DNA from: a virus
Direction: 5' to 3' (one strand)
DNA length: 64,000 bases
Virus record (IMG/VR): IMGVR_UViG_3300043540_000321
Coordinates: 64,001 to 128,000 of that record
In this document: positions 53,540 through 62,200 of the stretch, piece by piece
How the letters are laid out: every line of letters begins with the position of its first letter
Numbering within the stretch: the first letter of the stretch is position 1
Position numbers and translations under genes: made by a program
The notes under the pieces: generated by a model
Told to the model about the DNA's origin: nothing
Database searches by the model: none
Seen by the model: only the letters and a program-made list of their open reading frames with translations

Positions 53540-54307
53540 ATGAGTTTAATCCTGACAATCCTTGTGATCCTTATCGCAATGTCCGTTCATGAGTTCGGAC
53601 ATTTTATACCCGCAAAGTTATTCGGCTGCAGAGTGTACGAATACTCTATTGGGGCTGGCCCAGCGCTAATTAAAAAGAAGTGGGGAGAAACGATTTACTC
53701 TATTCGCCCTGTACCGATCGCTGCCTATGTGTATATCAACCAGGACGACCTAAACGGTCAGCCTTACTGGAAGACCGCCGTCATCCTTTTAGGAGGAGTA
53801 ACCGGGAATATTTTGTTGGCCTATTTAGGCTGCTACCTCCTGTTCACAATAGTTGGCTACTCTCCGATTGAAGCGATTAAAGGCGGTTTCGACGAGCTTG
53901 GTCAGTTTCTATCGTGGCAGGGGAACAGTATGCTGAGCCTGCTGAAAGCTCCTCTAAAATCTGTAGCTGACTTAGAAGGTCCAATTGGAATTATCAAATC
54001 GGGCTCAAAAACTATAGGTGCAACCGTAACTCTCAATGGAGTCAAGACATCCTGGCTGAACCGAACTCTTATCAGCACGATCGTCTTCTCCAATTTTATC
54101 AACGTCGCTCTCGCCTACTTCAATTTATTACCGGTGCCTGTCCTGGATGGAGGGCGGTTTCTGGTGAGAACGATAGAGGCAATCATCCGTAGAAAACTAC
54201 CCGAAAAGGTGACGGTAGGCGCACTGTATTTCGGTGGTTTTATGGTGCTGGGATTATTTATGTTCACGACTCTTAAAGACGTGGCGAATCTGTTTATTCA
54301 TAGATAA
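53540..54307 (+). CDS. M50 family site-2 intramembrane zinc metalloprotease (RseP-like, no PDZ)
   Basis: HEFGH, GGVTGN and NLLPVPVLDGG motifs; several TM segments; 255 aa. Confidence 0.92.
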   Translation: MSLILTILVILIAMSVHEFGHFIPAKLFGCRVYEYSIGAGPALIKKKWGETIYSIRPVPIAAYVYINQDDLNGQPYWKTAVILLGGVTGNILLAYLGCYLLFTIVGYSPIEAIKGGFDELGQFLSWQGNSMLSLLKAPLKSVADLEGPIGIIKSGSKTIGATVTLNGVKTSWLNRTLISTIVFSNFINVALAYFNLLPVPVLDGGRFLVRTIEAIIRRKLPEKVTVGALYFGGFMVLGLFMFTTLKDVANLFIHR

Positions 54308-54318
54308 AAGGAAATATC

Positions 54319-54981
54319 ATGGGCCTACTTTTAAGATTTGGTGGGATTTGTCTTCTTGCCATCCTTATTGCGATTTACGCAACGCCTCCTAAGAGAGTGA
54401 AGACCCTCAACCCGAAGTTGGCGTCCCCCCTAGCCCCTGCCAAAAAGATTATTAATAAATCCCTGGTCGATGTTGGAGACCTGGTGCCGACGGCTCGAAT
54501 TGCCATGAAGTACGCCACCACGGATAACTTCACTGGAACTCAGTTATATAAGAATGCGCGTTGCCTCGTAGTGCAACCTACCGCGATCGCTCTGGCTGCT
54601 GCTCAGAAAAGAGCAGAACAGCAGGGGCTAAGTCTCGTATTCTACGACTGCTACAGACCTCACTCAGTCCAGCAACAAATGTGGGCTAAGGTACCTGACT
54701 CGCGGTATGTGGCTAACCCAAACCCAGGCTCAAATCATAACCGAGGTACAGCCGTGGACGTTGGGCTGTATAAGGAAGGTCAGGAGCTCGATATGGGCTC
54801 GCCTTTCGACTCGTTCGCTGAACAGTCGCACCGTAATGCCAGAATCACAACGGAGCAACAAAAGAACCGAGATTTACTTAAAGAAATTATGGGTCCGCAG
54901 TTCACCACCGTTCAGACGGAGTGGTGGCACTTCGATTTTGTCGGGGCAAAGAATTACCCCGTACTAAACGACCCGCTATAA
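54319..54981 (+). CDS. ddpX: D-alanyl-D-alanine dipeptidase (VanX/DdpX, M15D)
   Basis: YDCYRP, SNHNRGTAVD, DMGSPFD and EWWHF intact; N-terminal TM anchor. Confidence 0.92.
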   Translation: MGLLLRFGGICLLAILIAIYATPPKRVKTLNPKLASPLAPAKKIINKSLVDVGDLVPTARIAMKYATTDNFTGTQLYKNARCLVVQPTAIALAAAQKRAEQQGLSLVFYDCYRPHSVQQQMWAKVPDSRYVANPNPGSNHNRGTAVDVGLYKEGQELDMGSPFDSFAEQSHRNARITTEQQKNRDLLKEIMGPQFTTVQTEWWHFDFVGAKNYPVLNDPL

Positions 54982-55067
54982 GTTTGGAGCAAAGTCAGTC
55001 CTCGCTCCTAATGGGGAGATTCACGAGTTGGTCTCCCCTTCCTAATCCTCTCTTCAATCCGACCTTT

Positions 55068-55514
55068 ATGAGCACCCAATTAGACGATACAGAAGACTGC
55101 CCTGGTTCTATGAATCAGCTCGACAGCCTGAGCCTATTCCACAAGATGCTGGCCAACTCCTCAGTACAGTGCGGCTGTTGCGATCGCATTCTATCAATCT
55201 GGTACATCGGACCGGGGTGTCGTTTCATTCCCAGGCATAAACCACCTAAGAAGATAGACCTCCCGGTCAATGTCCGTGAACTCAGCTACTGCATCAGTCA
55301 AAGTCTCCTCAACACAGATTATTACCTGATGGGGGTGCCTATAGAGTTGAAGGGTGAAATCCTATTCATAGTCATCTCACTTCTTGACCCAGACTTGCAA
55401 GAGCTTAAGTATCGAAAGGCGTATACCCGGTTAGAACTCTCTCATTCCTGCCTTCCACCCAACGAACTTATAGTTCAAGATCTTAAGGAAGCACTAAACA
55501 AACCCATCCTATAA
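55068..55514 (+). CDS. hypothetical protein with Cys cluster
   Basis: Start ATG 55068 (MSTQLDD); QCGCCDR motif. Confidence 0.5.
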   Translation: MSTQLDDTEDCPGSMNQLDSLSLFHKMLANSSVQCGCCDRILSIWYIGPGCRFIPRHKPPKKIDLPVNVRELSYCISQSLLNTDYYLMGVPIELKGEILFIVISLLDPDLQELKYRKAYTRLELSHSCLPPNELIVQDLKEALNKPIL

Positions 55515-55550
55515 AAATATAAAGTTTGGAGTCGAAAGACGATCCTCAAC

Positions 55551-55588
55551 AGGGAGCTTCTTCTGCGCGTGAACAGAGGCTCCCTTTT
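55551..55588 (+). terminator. probable intrinsic terminator
   Basis: AGGGAGC...GCTCCCT imperfect stem followed by TTT at the end of the plus-strand block. Confidence 0.5.
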
Positions 55589-55672
55589 CTCTTCCTATTA
55601 TCCTCTTGCTAGAAAAAATCCATTGGAAAAAATGACGCGGATTTGAGAGAGGGGTTGATTTGATCGATCCGA

Positions 55673-55723
55673 CCACCCCCGCCACTTATTGCAGATTAAT
55701 TTGCAACAAGTAGCGGGAGGTGG
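55673..55723. repeat. long imperfect inverted repeat in the largest intergenic gap
   Basis: CCACC-CCCGC-CACTT-ATTGCA-GATTAATT-TGCAAC-AAGTA-GCGGG-A-GGTGG. Confidence 0.6.
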
Positions 55724-55794
55724 GTTCGCTTTCGCGACGTGTGCGTTGAAGCAAAGGGTCGATTAATTACTACCACTACGATTGGAGAGTCAAT

Positions 55795-56355
55795 ATGTTA
55801 CTCAGTGATAAGCCTTTTGTTATAGACAGAGGCAATGTACAGGCTATGAAAGCACATAGCCAGATAGGTAAACAGCGAGCCGCTCAAGGTCTCGAGGATT
55901 GGAATACACCTGAGGAGCTGAGAGGCAAAGAGGTTGAGCAATGTGTAGCTCGATTGTTAAATACCTGCTTGCAGGTAGACCAGGTAAAGCGAGCTAATAG
56001 GGGGTCTGTCTTAGATGACGAGGTCAAGGTTGACCTCCTAGTCTATGTAGGGAATGAGGTACAGGGGTTCCAAGTAAAGACTTCTCAAGCGGCAGCAGAG
56101 AGGTTTCATATGGAACACCCTGAAGTTCCATGTATCTGGTATGCAGGAACTAATAGACTCCAGCTCTGTGTAGCCATCGCTCAACTGCTTCACACAAAGA
56201 TGAAGCCAGTAGTTAAGAACGCTCTAATGAAGTTCGACCTACTGAAGTCTAAGAAAGTTAGCAATCCATCCGCACTGAGAAACCTCTTCAGTAAAGACGA
56301 GCAAACAGTCTGTGTTGTACTCGGACTACTTACTGAAAGAGCGTTTTCTAGCTAA
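55795..56355 (+). CDS. PD-(D/E)XK superfamily nuclease-like protein
   Basis: GKEVEQCV...DDEVKVDLLVYVGNEVQGFQVKTS gives an E...D...QxK pattern. Confidence 0.65.
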   Translation: MLLSDKPFVIDRGNVQAMKAHSQIGKQRAAQGLEDWNTPEELRGKEVEQCVARLLNTCLQVDQVKRANRGSVLDDEVKVDLLVYVGNEVQGFQVKTSQAAAERFHMEHPEVPCIWYAGTNRLQLCVAIAQLLHTKMKPVVKNALMKFDLLKSKKVSNPSALRNLFSKDEQTVCVVLGLLTERAFSS

Positions 56356-56361
56356 CCCATA

Positions 56362-56436
56362 TAGGGGAAGACCAATAGTCTTCCCCTACTCCGTCGCTGG
56401 GTATTGGTAGCCCAGCTTGAAAAGTTACTTCGAAAC
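56362..56436 (+). promoter_or_regulatory. repeated hairpin module, copy 1
   Basis: 11-bp perfect IR (56362-56388), then GTCGCTGGGTATTGGTAGCCCAGCTTGAAAAGTTACTTCGAAAC, then GGAGG and ATG. Confidence 0.7.
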
Positions 56437-56446
56437 GGAGGATTTT

Positions 56447-56656
56447 ATGGACAGCAAACTACTACAACTAATCGCCCTTTCTCAAACTACTGAAGTTGAT
56501 ACGACTCAAACGGTCTATCAACTCAAAGTTAAAGGAATTCCCTGTGGACTCTTTAACGAGATAGGCGATGCAGAAAACGCAGCCGAAGACGCTGGGTTCG
56601 ATTGTCGCGACTACCAAATAGTCGTCTTCTCAGAACCGGACGTTAAAGCCTGCTAA
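56447..56656 (+). CDS. small early hypothetical protein
   Basis: GGAGG Shine-Dalgarno before ATG 56447; 69 aa. Confidence 0.65.
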   Translation: MDSKLLQLIALSQTTEVDTTQTVYQLKVKGIPCGLFNEIGDAENAAEDAGFDCRDYQIVVFSEPDVKAC

Positions 56657-56661
56657 GACTT

Positions 56662-56740
56662 AGTCCTGCGATCGAACGATCGCAGGACTTCTCCGTCGCT
56701 GGGTCTGGTAGCCCAGCTATGACAAGTTACCAAACGAAAC
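56662..56740 (+). promoter_or_regulatory. repeated hairpin module, copy 2
   Basis: 13-bp perfect IR (56662-56689), then GTCGCTGGGTCTGGTAGCCCAGCTATGACAAGTTACCAAACGAAAC, then GGAGG and ATG. Confidence 0.7.
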
Positions 56741-56751
56741 GGAGGTCTATT

Positions 56752-57060
56752 ATGGCTACCACAACAACAGTTGCAACCGTAAATGAACTTAACTATCTGT
56801 CTGCTCGCCTGCGTGCAGAAGGGTTTGTCGTTAAAGTTCATAAGCTTGAGCAGGGTTGGGAGCTGACACTTTCCGAAGGCGGAAGGCCAAGCTCATTTCA
56901 ACCCAAACAAACGGAAACCGGTGAGGAGATTATCTTCTTTAACCTATCCGAGTTTAAGCGAGGTGAGGCAATGGCTGCCGATCTTCGCGAGCAAGGAATT
57001 GCTTGCAAGTTCGCTAAAGCCAAGAGTGGCAGATGTTGGTATCTCAAAAGACTTGCATAG
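56752..57060 (+). CDS. small early hypothetical protein
   Basis: GGAGG Shine-Dalgarno before ATG 56752; 102 aa with two similar L.A.LR..G repeats. Confidence 0.65.
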   Translation: MATTTTVATVNELNYLSARLRAEGFVVKVHKLEQGWELTLSEGGRPSSFQPKQTETGEEIIFFNLSEFKRGEAMAADLREQGIACKFAKAKSGRCWYLKRLA

Positions 57061-57073
57061 TCTACAACAAAAC

Positions 57074-57112
57074 AAACAAAAGAGGAGCTGAAAACAGCTC
57101 CTCTTTTGTTTT
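57074..57112. terminator. bidirectional intrinsic terminator
   Basis: 17-bp perfect IR AAACAAAAGAGGAGCTG-AAAA-CAGCTCCTCTTTTGTTT. Confidence 0.75.
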
Positions 57113-57124
57113 AAGGAGGTCATT

Positions 57125-57283
57125 ATGTTGGAAGCAATCTTGATGGATTTAGCAATTGAATTAGTTGTTGATTGCGTGTTAGGTGCTGTTATTGCAGATG
57201 CTGAATTAGGAATTCTTGAACCTTTCGTCAGTGAAGGGGTAAAGGAGCTCGCTAAGAAGATCTACAAGAATCGCAAAGGCTGA
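57125..57283 (+). CDS. small hypothetical protein (52 aa)
   Basis: AAGGAGGT Shine-Dalgarno; MLEAILMDLAIELVVDCVLG...KIYKNRKG; below the track cutoff. Confidence 0.65.
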   Translation: MLEAILMDLAIELVVDCVLGAVIADAELGILEPFVSEGVKELAKKIYKNRKG

Positions 57284-57289
57284 ATTTAT

Positions 57290-57367
57290 AGGGCAGAGAA
57301 AGTAATTTCTCTGCCCTGTTTTGGTCGCTGGGTATTAGTAGCCCAGCCTGACGAGTTACTACGAAAC
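57290..57367 (+). promoter_or_regulatory. repeated hairpin module, copy 3
   Basis: 12-bp perfect IR (57290-57317), then GTCGCTGGGTATTAGTAGCCCAGCCTGACGAGTTACTACGAAAC. Confidence 0.7.
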
Positions 57368-57390
57368 CAAAACAAAGCGAGGACAAGATT

Positions 57391-58050
57391 ATGTTGACAA
57401 CTACAAATCTCCAACAACTGAATACTCTGACCGTTATCGTTCTTGAAGCTCAGAACACGGCTGACAATCTACGCCGGAGAGCTATTCGATCGATGACCAA
57501 CTACGACAATTGGACCGCGATTGCATTTGCAGCAGACTGGGCAGAACTAGATAGGAAAGCATACGCTGCCCTGTTCAATAGAAAGAATTACGACTTGCTG
57601 TGCAGCGCGATCGCCCTGGTCGTAACCATCTTCTGGACATGCTACGTGTCTGCGTGTGAAGCGATTGAATACCTGGCTGAAACGACTTCTCCGGTTGCGC
57701 CCAGTGTCTACTACTTCAGCCCACTCTATGTGATGGACCTGGATGACTATGAGGAACTTACTTGCGACCTATGGGCACCACCTGAACTGGATGAAAAGCT
57801 GGTCTGTGATGTTTGGGAGCTCGTTGAAGTCGAACCACTACCGACGGCAAATCCAGATGTAGAGGTTGCGATCACTGTCCAAACAAGTCTTTATCTCCTG
57901 CCGGCTGCTCCTGTTGAAGTTAATGATGTTGAGGATGAAAAGACGACAGTAGCGACTAAGCAGAAGAGGGCAAGCTCGAAGGCAAAAAAGTCCAGCCCAA
58001 AGGGAAAGTCGAGAACTTCCAAATCGAAGTCGACGAAACAGTGTGCATGA
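57391..58050 (+). CDS. early hypothetical protein with basic K/S-rich C-terminal tail
   Basis: 219 aa; acidic middle, tail KQKRASSKAKKSSPKGKSRTSKSKSTK. Confidence 0.65.
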   Translation: MLTTTNLQQLNTLTVIVLEAQNTADNLRRRAIRSMTNYDNWTAIAFAADWAELDRKAYAALFNRKNYDLLCSAIALVVTIFWTCYVSACEAIEYLAETTSPVAPSVYYFSPLYVMDLDDYEELTCDLWAPPELDEKLVCDVWELVEVEPLPTANPDVEVAITVQTSLYLLPAAPVEVNDVEDEKTTVATKQKRASSKAKKSSPKGKSRTSKSKSTKQCA

Positions 58051-58089
58051 AGAAGTTTCACAGTTTTGTAACCAATAAGGAGGCCTATC

Positions 58090-59256
58090 ATGGCTACCAA
58101 CAATTTTGACCAATCAACCCTGTCGATCGTTGATGAACTCTTCAAGTCCTTGTTCAAGGAAGAAGATACAACGATTGAAGTCGCTGGCCGCAAATTTAGG
58201 CCAGCGGTCCTAAAACGGAATACGCTCAACCTTAGCGACGTTCCCAGGACAGTCCGGGAAACATTCTCTTTCCACAAAGACTCGATTGTTCAGCCCAGGG
58301 AACGGGGTCGGCACTCTATCATCGTCACGCTCCTCTCTATGAGGTTCTCTGACGATGGTCAGATGCTGGTTGCAGCTCCTTCTATCCAAGCCGCCACCTA
58401 TAGCGGAACATCTAAGATGTTGCCTGTAGGTGACTGGAACCAGAAGGCGGTACTCACAGGGCGGGACCTTTTCATTCAAGCGGATTTTATGAGCTCGGAT
58501 GATGGTCTCACTATTCTCAACCCTGTTGTTCTGAAACGTCCGTACCCAGCCGGTAAAGATGATGGAAACGTCTCCGTCATGCTGTGCGGTTCGAACAAGA
58601 CAGATAGCAACTGGAAGGAAAAGCACAACCATGCTCGAGACGAATTTAGGAAGGCAGCACTCAATGTTGCCCAGAGGTTAGGCGTCCCTTCCGGAGAACA
58701 GTTCATCATTTGCCTTGTTGGATTTCCGGTTAGGTCGGGAGAAAACAACGGTGAGACTGATTCGTTCTGGGGAGCCATCTTAGAAGGCGGTTACCTTCTG
58801 GGTGGTCGGCGCATCAACCGTGTTAGTAAGGCTCCAGACCCGAACGGCAAGCTAGGTGGTTTGAGAATCTCCTCAGATTTCCAAGTCACCTCCTGTAAAA
58901 CCGTGGCTCAAATGCTCGAAGAACAGTTAGCTGCTCAGTTAGCTACTCGATCTGTTCAGGTCGATCCTAAGTCTGAACCTGAACCTGAGCCAGTGCTTGA
59001 ACAACCTGAACCTGAACCTGAACCTGAACCTGAACCTGAACCTGAACCTGAACCCGTGGTTGAGCCTTCTCAACCACGGCGAGAAAGTCTCTTAGAGAAG
59101 TTGGGTCCGATAACCAATGACTCTGATGAATTTCAACTTCTCGAAGAGTCCTCGGACGATGAGGAAGAAGTGTTCATGGGCAGGGTCGGAAGCATCGCTG
59201 AATTGCTGAAAACCAATATCAAACCGGGCAGAGAGGATAATCCCTTCTGCCCTTAA
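58090..59256 (+). CDS. hypothetical protein with (PE)n linker and acidic tail; SSB-like candidate
   Basis: 388 aa, AAGGAGG Shine-Dalgarno; beta-rich core and acidic C-terminus, upstream of the RNAP and helicase genes. Confidence 0.6.
   Translation: MATNNFDQSTLSIVDELFKSLFKEEDTTIEVAGRKFRPAVLKRNTLNLSDVPRTVRETFSFHKDSIVQPRERGRHSIIVTLLSMRFSDDGQMLVAAPSIQAATYSGTSKMLPVGDWNQKAVLTGRDLFIQADFMSSDDGLTILNPVVLKRPYPAGKDDGNVSVMLCGSNKTDSNWKEKHNHARDEFRKAALNVAQRLGVPSGEQFIICLVGFPVRSGENNGETDSFWGAILEGGYLLGGRRINRVSKAPDPNGKLGGLRISSDFQVTSCKTVAQMLEEQLAAQLATRSVQVDPKSEPEPEPVLEQPEPEPEPEPEPEPEPEPVVEPSQPRRESLLEKLGPITNDSDEFQLLEESSDDEEEVFMGRVGSIAELLKTNIKPGREDNPFCP
59005..59052 (+). repeat. (CCTGAA)x8 coding tandem repeat
   Basis: Eight exact hexamers encoding PEPEPEPE... 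Confidence 0.95.
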
Positions 59257-59265
59257 GGAGGTCAT

Positions 59266-62200
59266 ATGGATACGAAAGTTCTGTGCAAGAACTGGAACGT
59301 ACAAGCTGACCCGTTCTACGCAATGTACAAGAGAACGGGGCATAGCCTTGACGATGTCCAGAGTTTAACACCCGCTGAAGCCGTGCGGGTTGTGTTCGGG
59401 GATGCGGTCGGTGACGCGATCGCTCCTGACGGCGATATCGAAGGCTCACTTCAAAACGTAACTCTGTTTGCTACATGGTGCTACATGTACCTGCGGCAGA
59501 AAGTTTCTACCGTCAACTGTCCCGTGAATCTTGGAGAAGAGTTCTACCTGGAACTCACTTCAGCTCCATTCATGGGTGCTGACTTGCTGTGTCAGATTGG
59601 TCAGCAACTTACAGATGACGCTGTTATTAAGGAAGCTCGCAAGGTGATGGAAACTTTGATCGGAGCAGGAGATAAATACCGTGAAAACCTGAGTCGCTTG
59701 GCTCAAGCATACGGATTGATTCCCTCTGCTATCCGGCAGGGTTTGCTATCCGCCTGTATCTCTAAACTGACAGACCGCAAGGTCCTAACCTTTGCTGCCT
59801 GCCAGAACGTTATCGAAGAGGTTGTTGGTGTAGCTCCCAGCAATCTGGTGTACGTCAACCCTAATTGGATTCGCTTCGGCGACTTCCTGGCTACTGCTCA
59901 GGACGTTGCTGTTGTGCTGAATTGGCTATCCCGCGCATTTAGCGATGTCTTTGAAGTCAAATCCTGCGATGACGGGTTTAACTTCTGGGTTGAAGGTACT
60001 CAGTTTCACTGCACGTCTAAGGACGGCGTGTTCCACATTGAACGCAATCGGCATATCAATGGGATGCTTTTAGTTAATAGCTCGACTGGTCGGCACCCCA
60101 CCGAGCCAGTTGACCCCGAAAACCTGTCGCTCGTAAACAGCTACGGTACGGTCATCTACGCTCTGTTGTATGGAGCGCCTGGTTATGTTAACAAAGGCAA
60201 AGGTTGGGACAGCTTCGTCAACAAAGTCCTGGTCAAAGGAGACGAATATCCTTTGACATCTGAGGATGAAGTTGGACCCGCAGATGGCGATCGTAAGTTT
60301 CACGAACGCTATGTAACGGTAACTCGACCTCAGCCCGTCGACGTTCCGTTTGCGCTCATTCGCTTCACGGACGGCTGGTTTCTCAGTACTCAGTCTGTCT
60401 CTATGAAGACTGGTTATGCCACCGAGTCAGAAAACAGCGTACGCCTACCGCAAAATAGCTCTATTGACAAGGCTGCTCTCTGGGCATTCAACCTAGTTCG
60501 GATGCCAAGCGGAGCTCTTATTGATGGACGGCGGAGCTGTATTCAACTTCGACACACTCAACAACCAGCCAACTTTGCCAAGGCTATGATGTTGAATCTG
60601 GCCGGCACCGACGATATTCTGCGAGCTGAAGGTTATGCCCGCTCCATCGTTAAGGTTCCAGACGGAAAAGATACCTGGGAACACCTGGGTGAATATCTGA
60701 TCGTTGGCTTGTCTTCGAAGTTAGCCAAGCTGATTAAACGGACAGCATCCGATGCTGCCGTTGTCGCAAAGTTAGAAGATGGGCAGTCTCGTGGGTTCAA
60801 GCGGTTCGGACAGACTAATGAGTCAACTAACAATTGGCTCGTTGAATCTGTTGTCTCTGCACACGCAATCTGGCCGGCTGGTATGGCCTGCTATTGGGGT
60901 GATGAGCCTCAACTGTTGGTTGACCATACGGAGTCCATTCAGTTGCCTTTCAAGGGTGATGTAGATGAGACTACAGTGAGTGTGCCTTATACCGAGTACA
61001 TGGGTGAAGTCTATCTGGAAGATGGATGGTTCAAAGTTACGATGACCACCCCAATTCCAATTGACAAAGGTGGATTGGCTGGAGAAGTCCAGGTGTGCTG
61101 CAACGGAATCGAATATCCGTTTGCTATCACATCCAAGACTCCGGACGCTCAGCTCGTAGGTGTCGAATGGCAAGAACGCCGTGGCTACGGTGACCTCAAG
61201 ACTTTGTTCGTCAAAGTAAGGACTATCACCGTGGAATCCGAAATCAAAGCTCGGAATGGTGTGAAGGCTATGCTGACCCGCTACGACCGTCGGTGCTTGT
61301 CCCTCAATAATGAGGATATCGCTGCTCGTGCGATTTTCTTCAAGGACACAAACAAGTGGCTAGACCTGGCGACTCAAATCTGCGATATCGCTGCTTGCAC
61401 AGCTATCCAGAATAAAGATCCGCAGGGCCTAGCTCTTATTCACTCTGCCAACGCCGCCGCTGGTGTATCTCATAGCGACTATCTGGAATGGTCTCCCGTG
61501 CTCGCTATGATTGGCGTCTATCAACCTCTACTCAACTGGTTCGAGTCCAAGTTTGGTCGCTCGATCTGGTTCAAGTGGGAAGATTCCACTTGTGACTGGA
61601 CGACAGTGCTGCGTCTCATGTACACGAAGCACGACAGTCCGAATGAAGCCGAGCGAGCTGAACCAGTTGCTGGTTGGAGCTATGTCGACCATGACAAGCT
61701 TGACTTTCTACCCAGCACAGCATCTGATGTGCTGGCTATTGCAGACGGTGACTTCGAGGATGAGCATACGAATGTTGTAGTCATCTACCGCGTCGGCGGT
61801 ATTGAATACTTCGTTCAACGTGCTTATTCCTTCGCTGGAACCTCGGCTACCGGACCCGTTTGGCAACCAGTTAAGGCTGAGTTGTCTAGTGTTCGTGCAG
61901 GCGTGACCCAGTCTCCTTTAATGTCTGGAGTTATCCGGGCCGTTGAAGGTAAAGATTTGGACTATGCCACACGACTGGCTGCGGATGGTCTGCAACACGT
62001 TCAACGTGCCTCTACTGTTACTCGGATGGCTCGAGGTCTGGGTGGCGTGCAGAATGTTGTACTCGGAACGCCTGACGCAATGTCCGTTCTGTGTACAGAA
62101 GAATTGCAAGAGCTGGTGACCAACCCGCTACTTCAAGGTCAGCTCGTTAGAAAGTTGGCTGAGCAGTTCCCAGACACATTCTTCATCGTGCCTGGTGCTT

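Noticed and set aside
56662-56689. Hairpin arms as HIP1 sites
   Set aside because: The arms contain CGATCG but not the full GCGATCGC; treated as part of the module's inverted repeat.
56393-57367. Repeated module as a possible mini-CRISPR array
   Set aside because: Copies are 300-630 bp apart, separated by genes with RBSs rather than 30-40-bp spacers; no cas genes.
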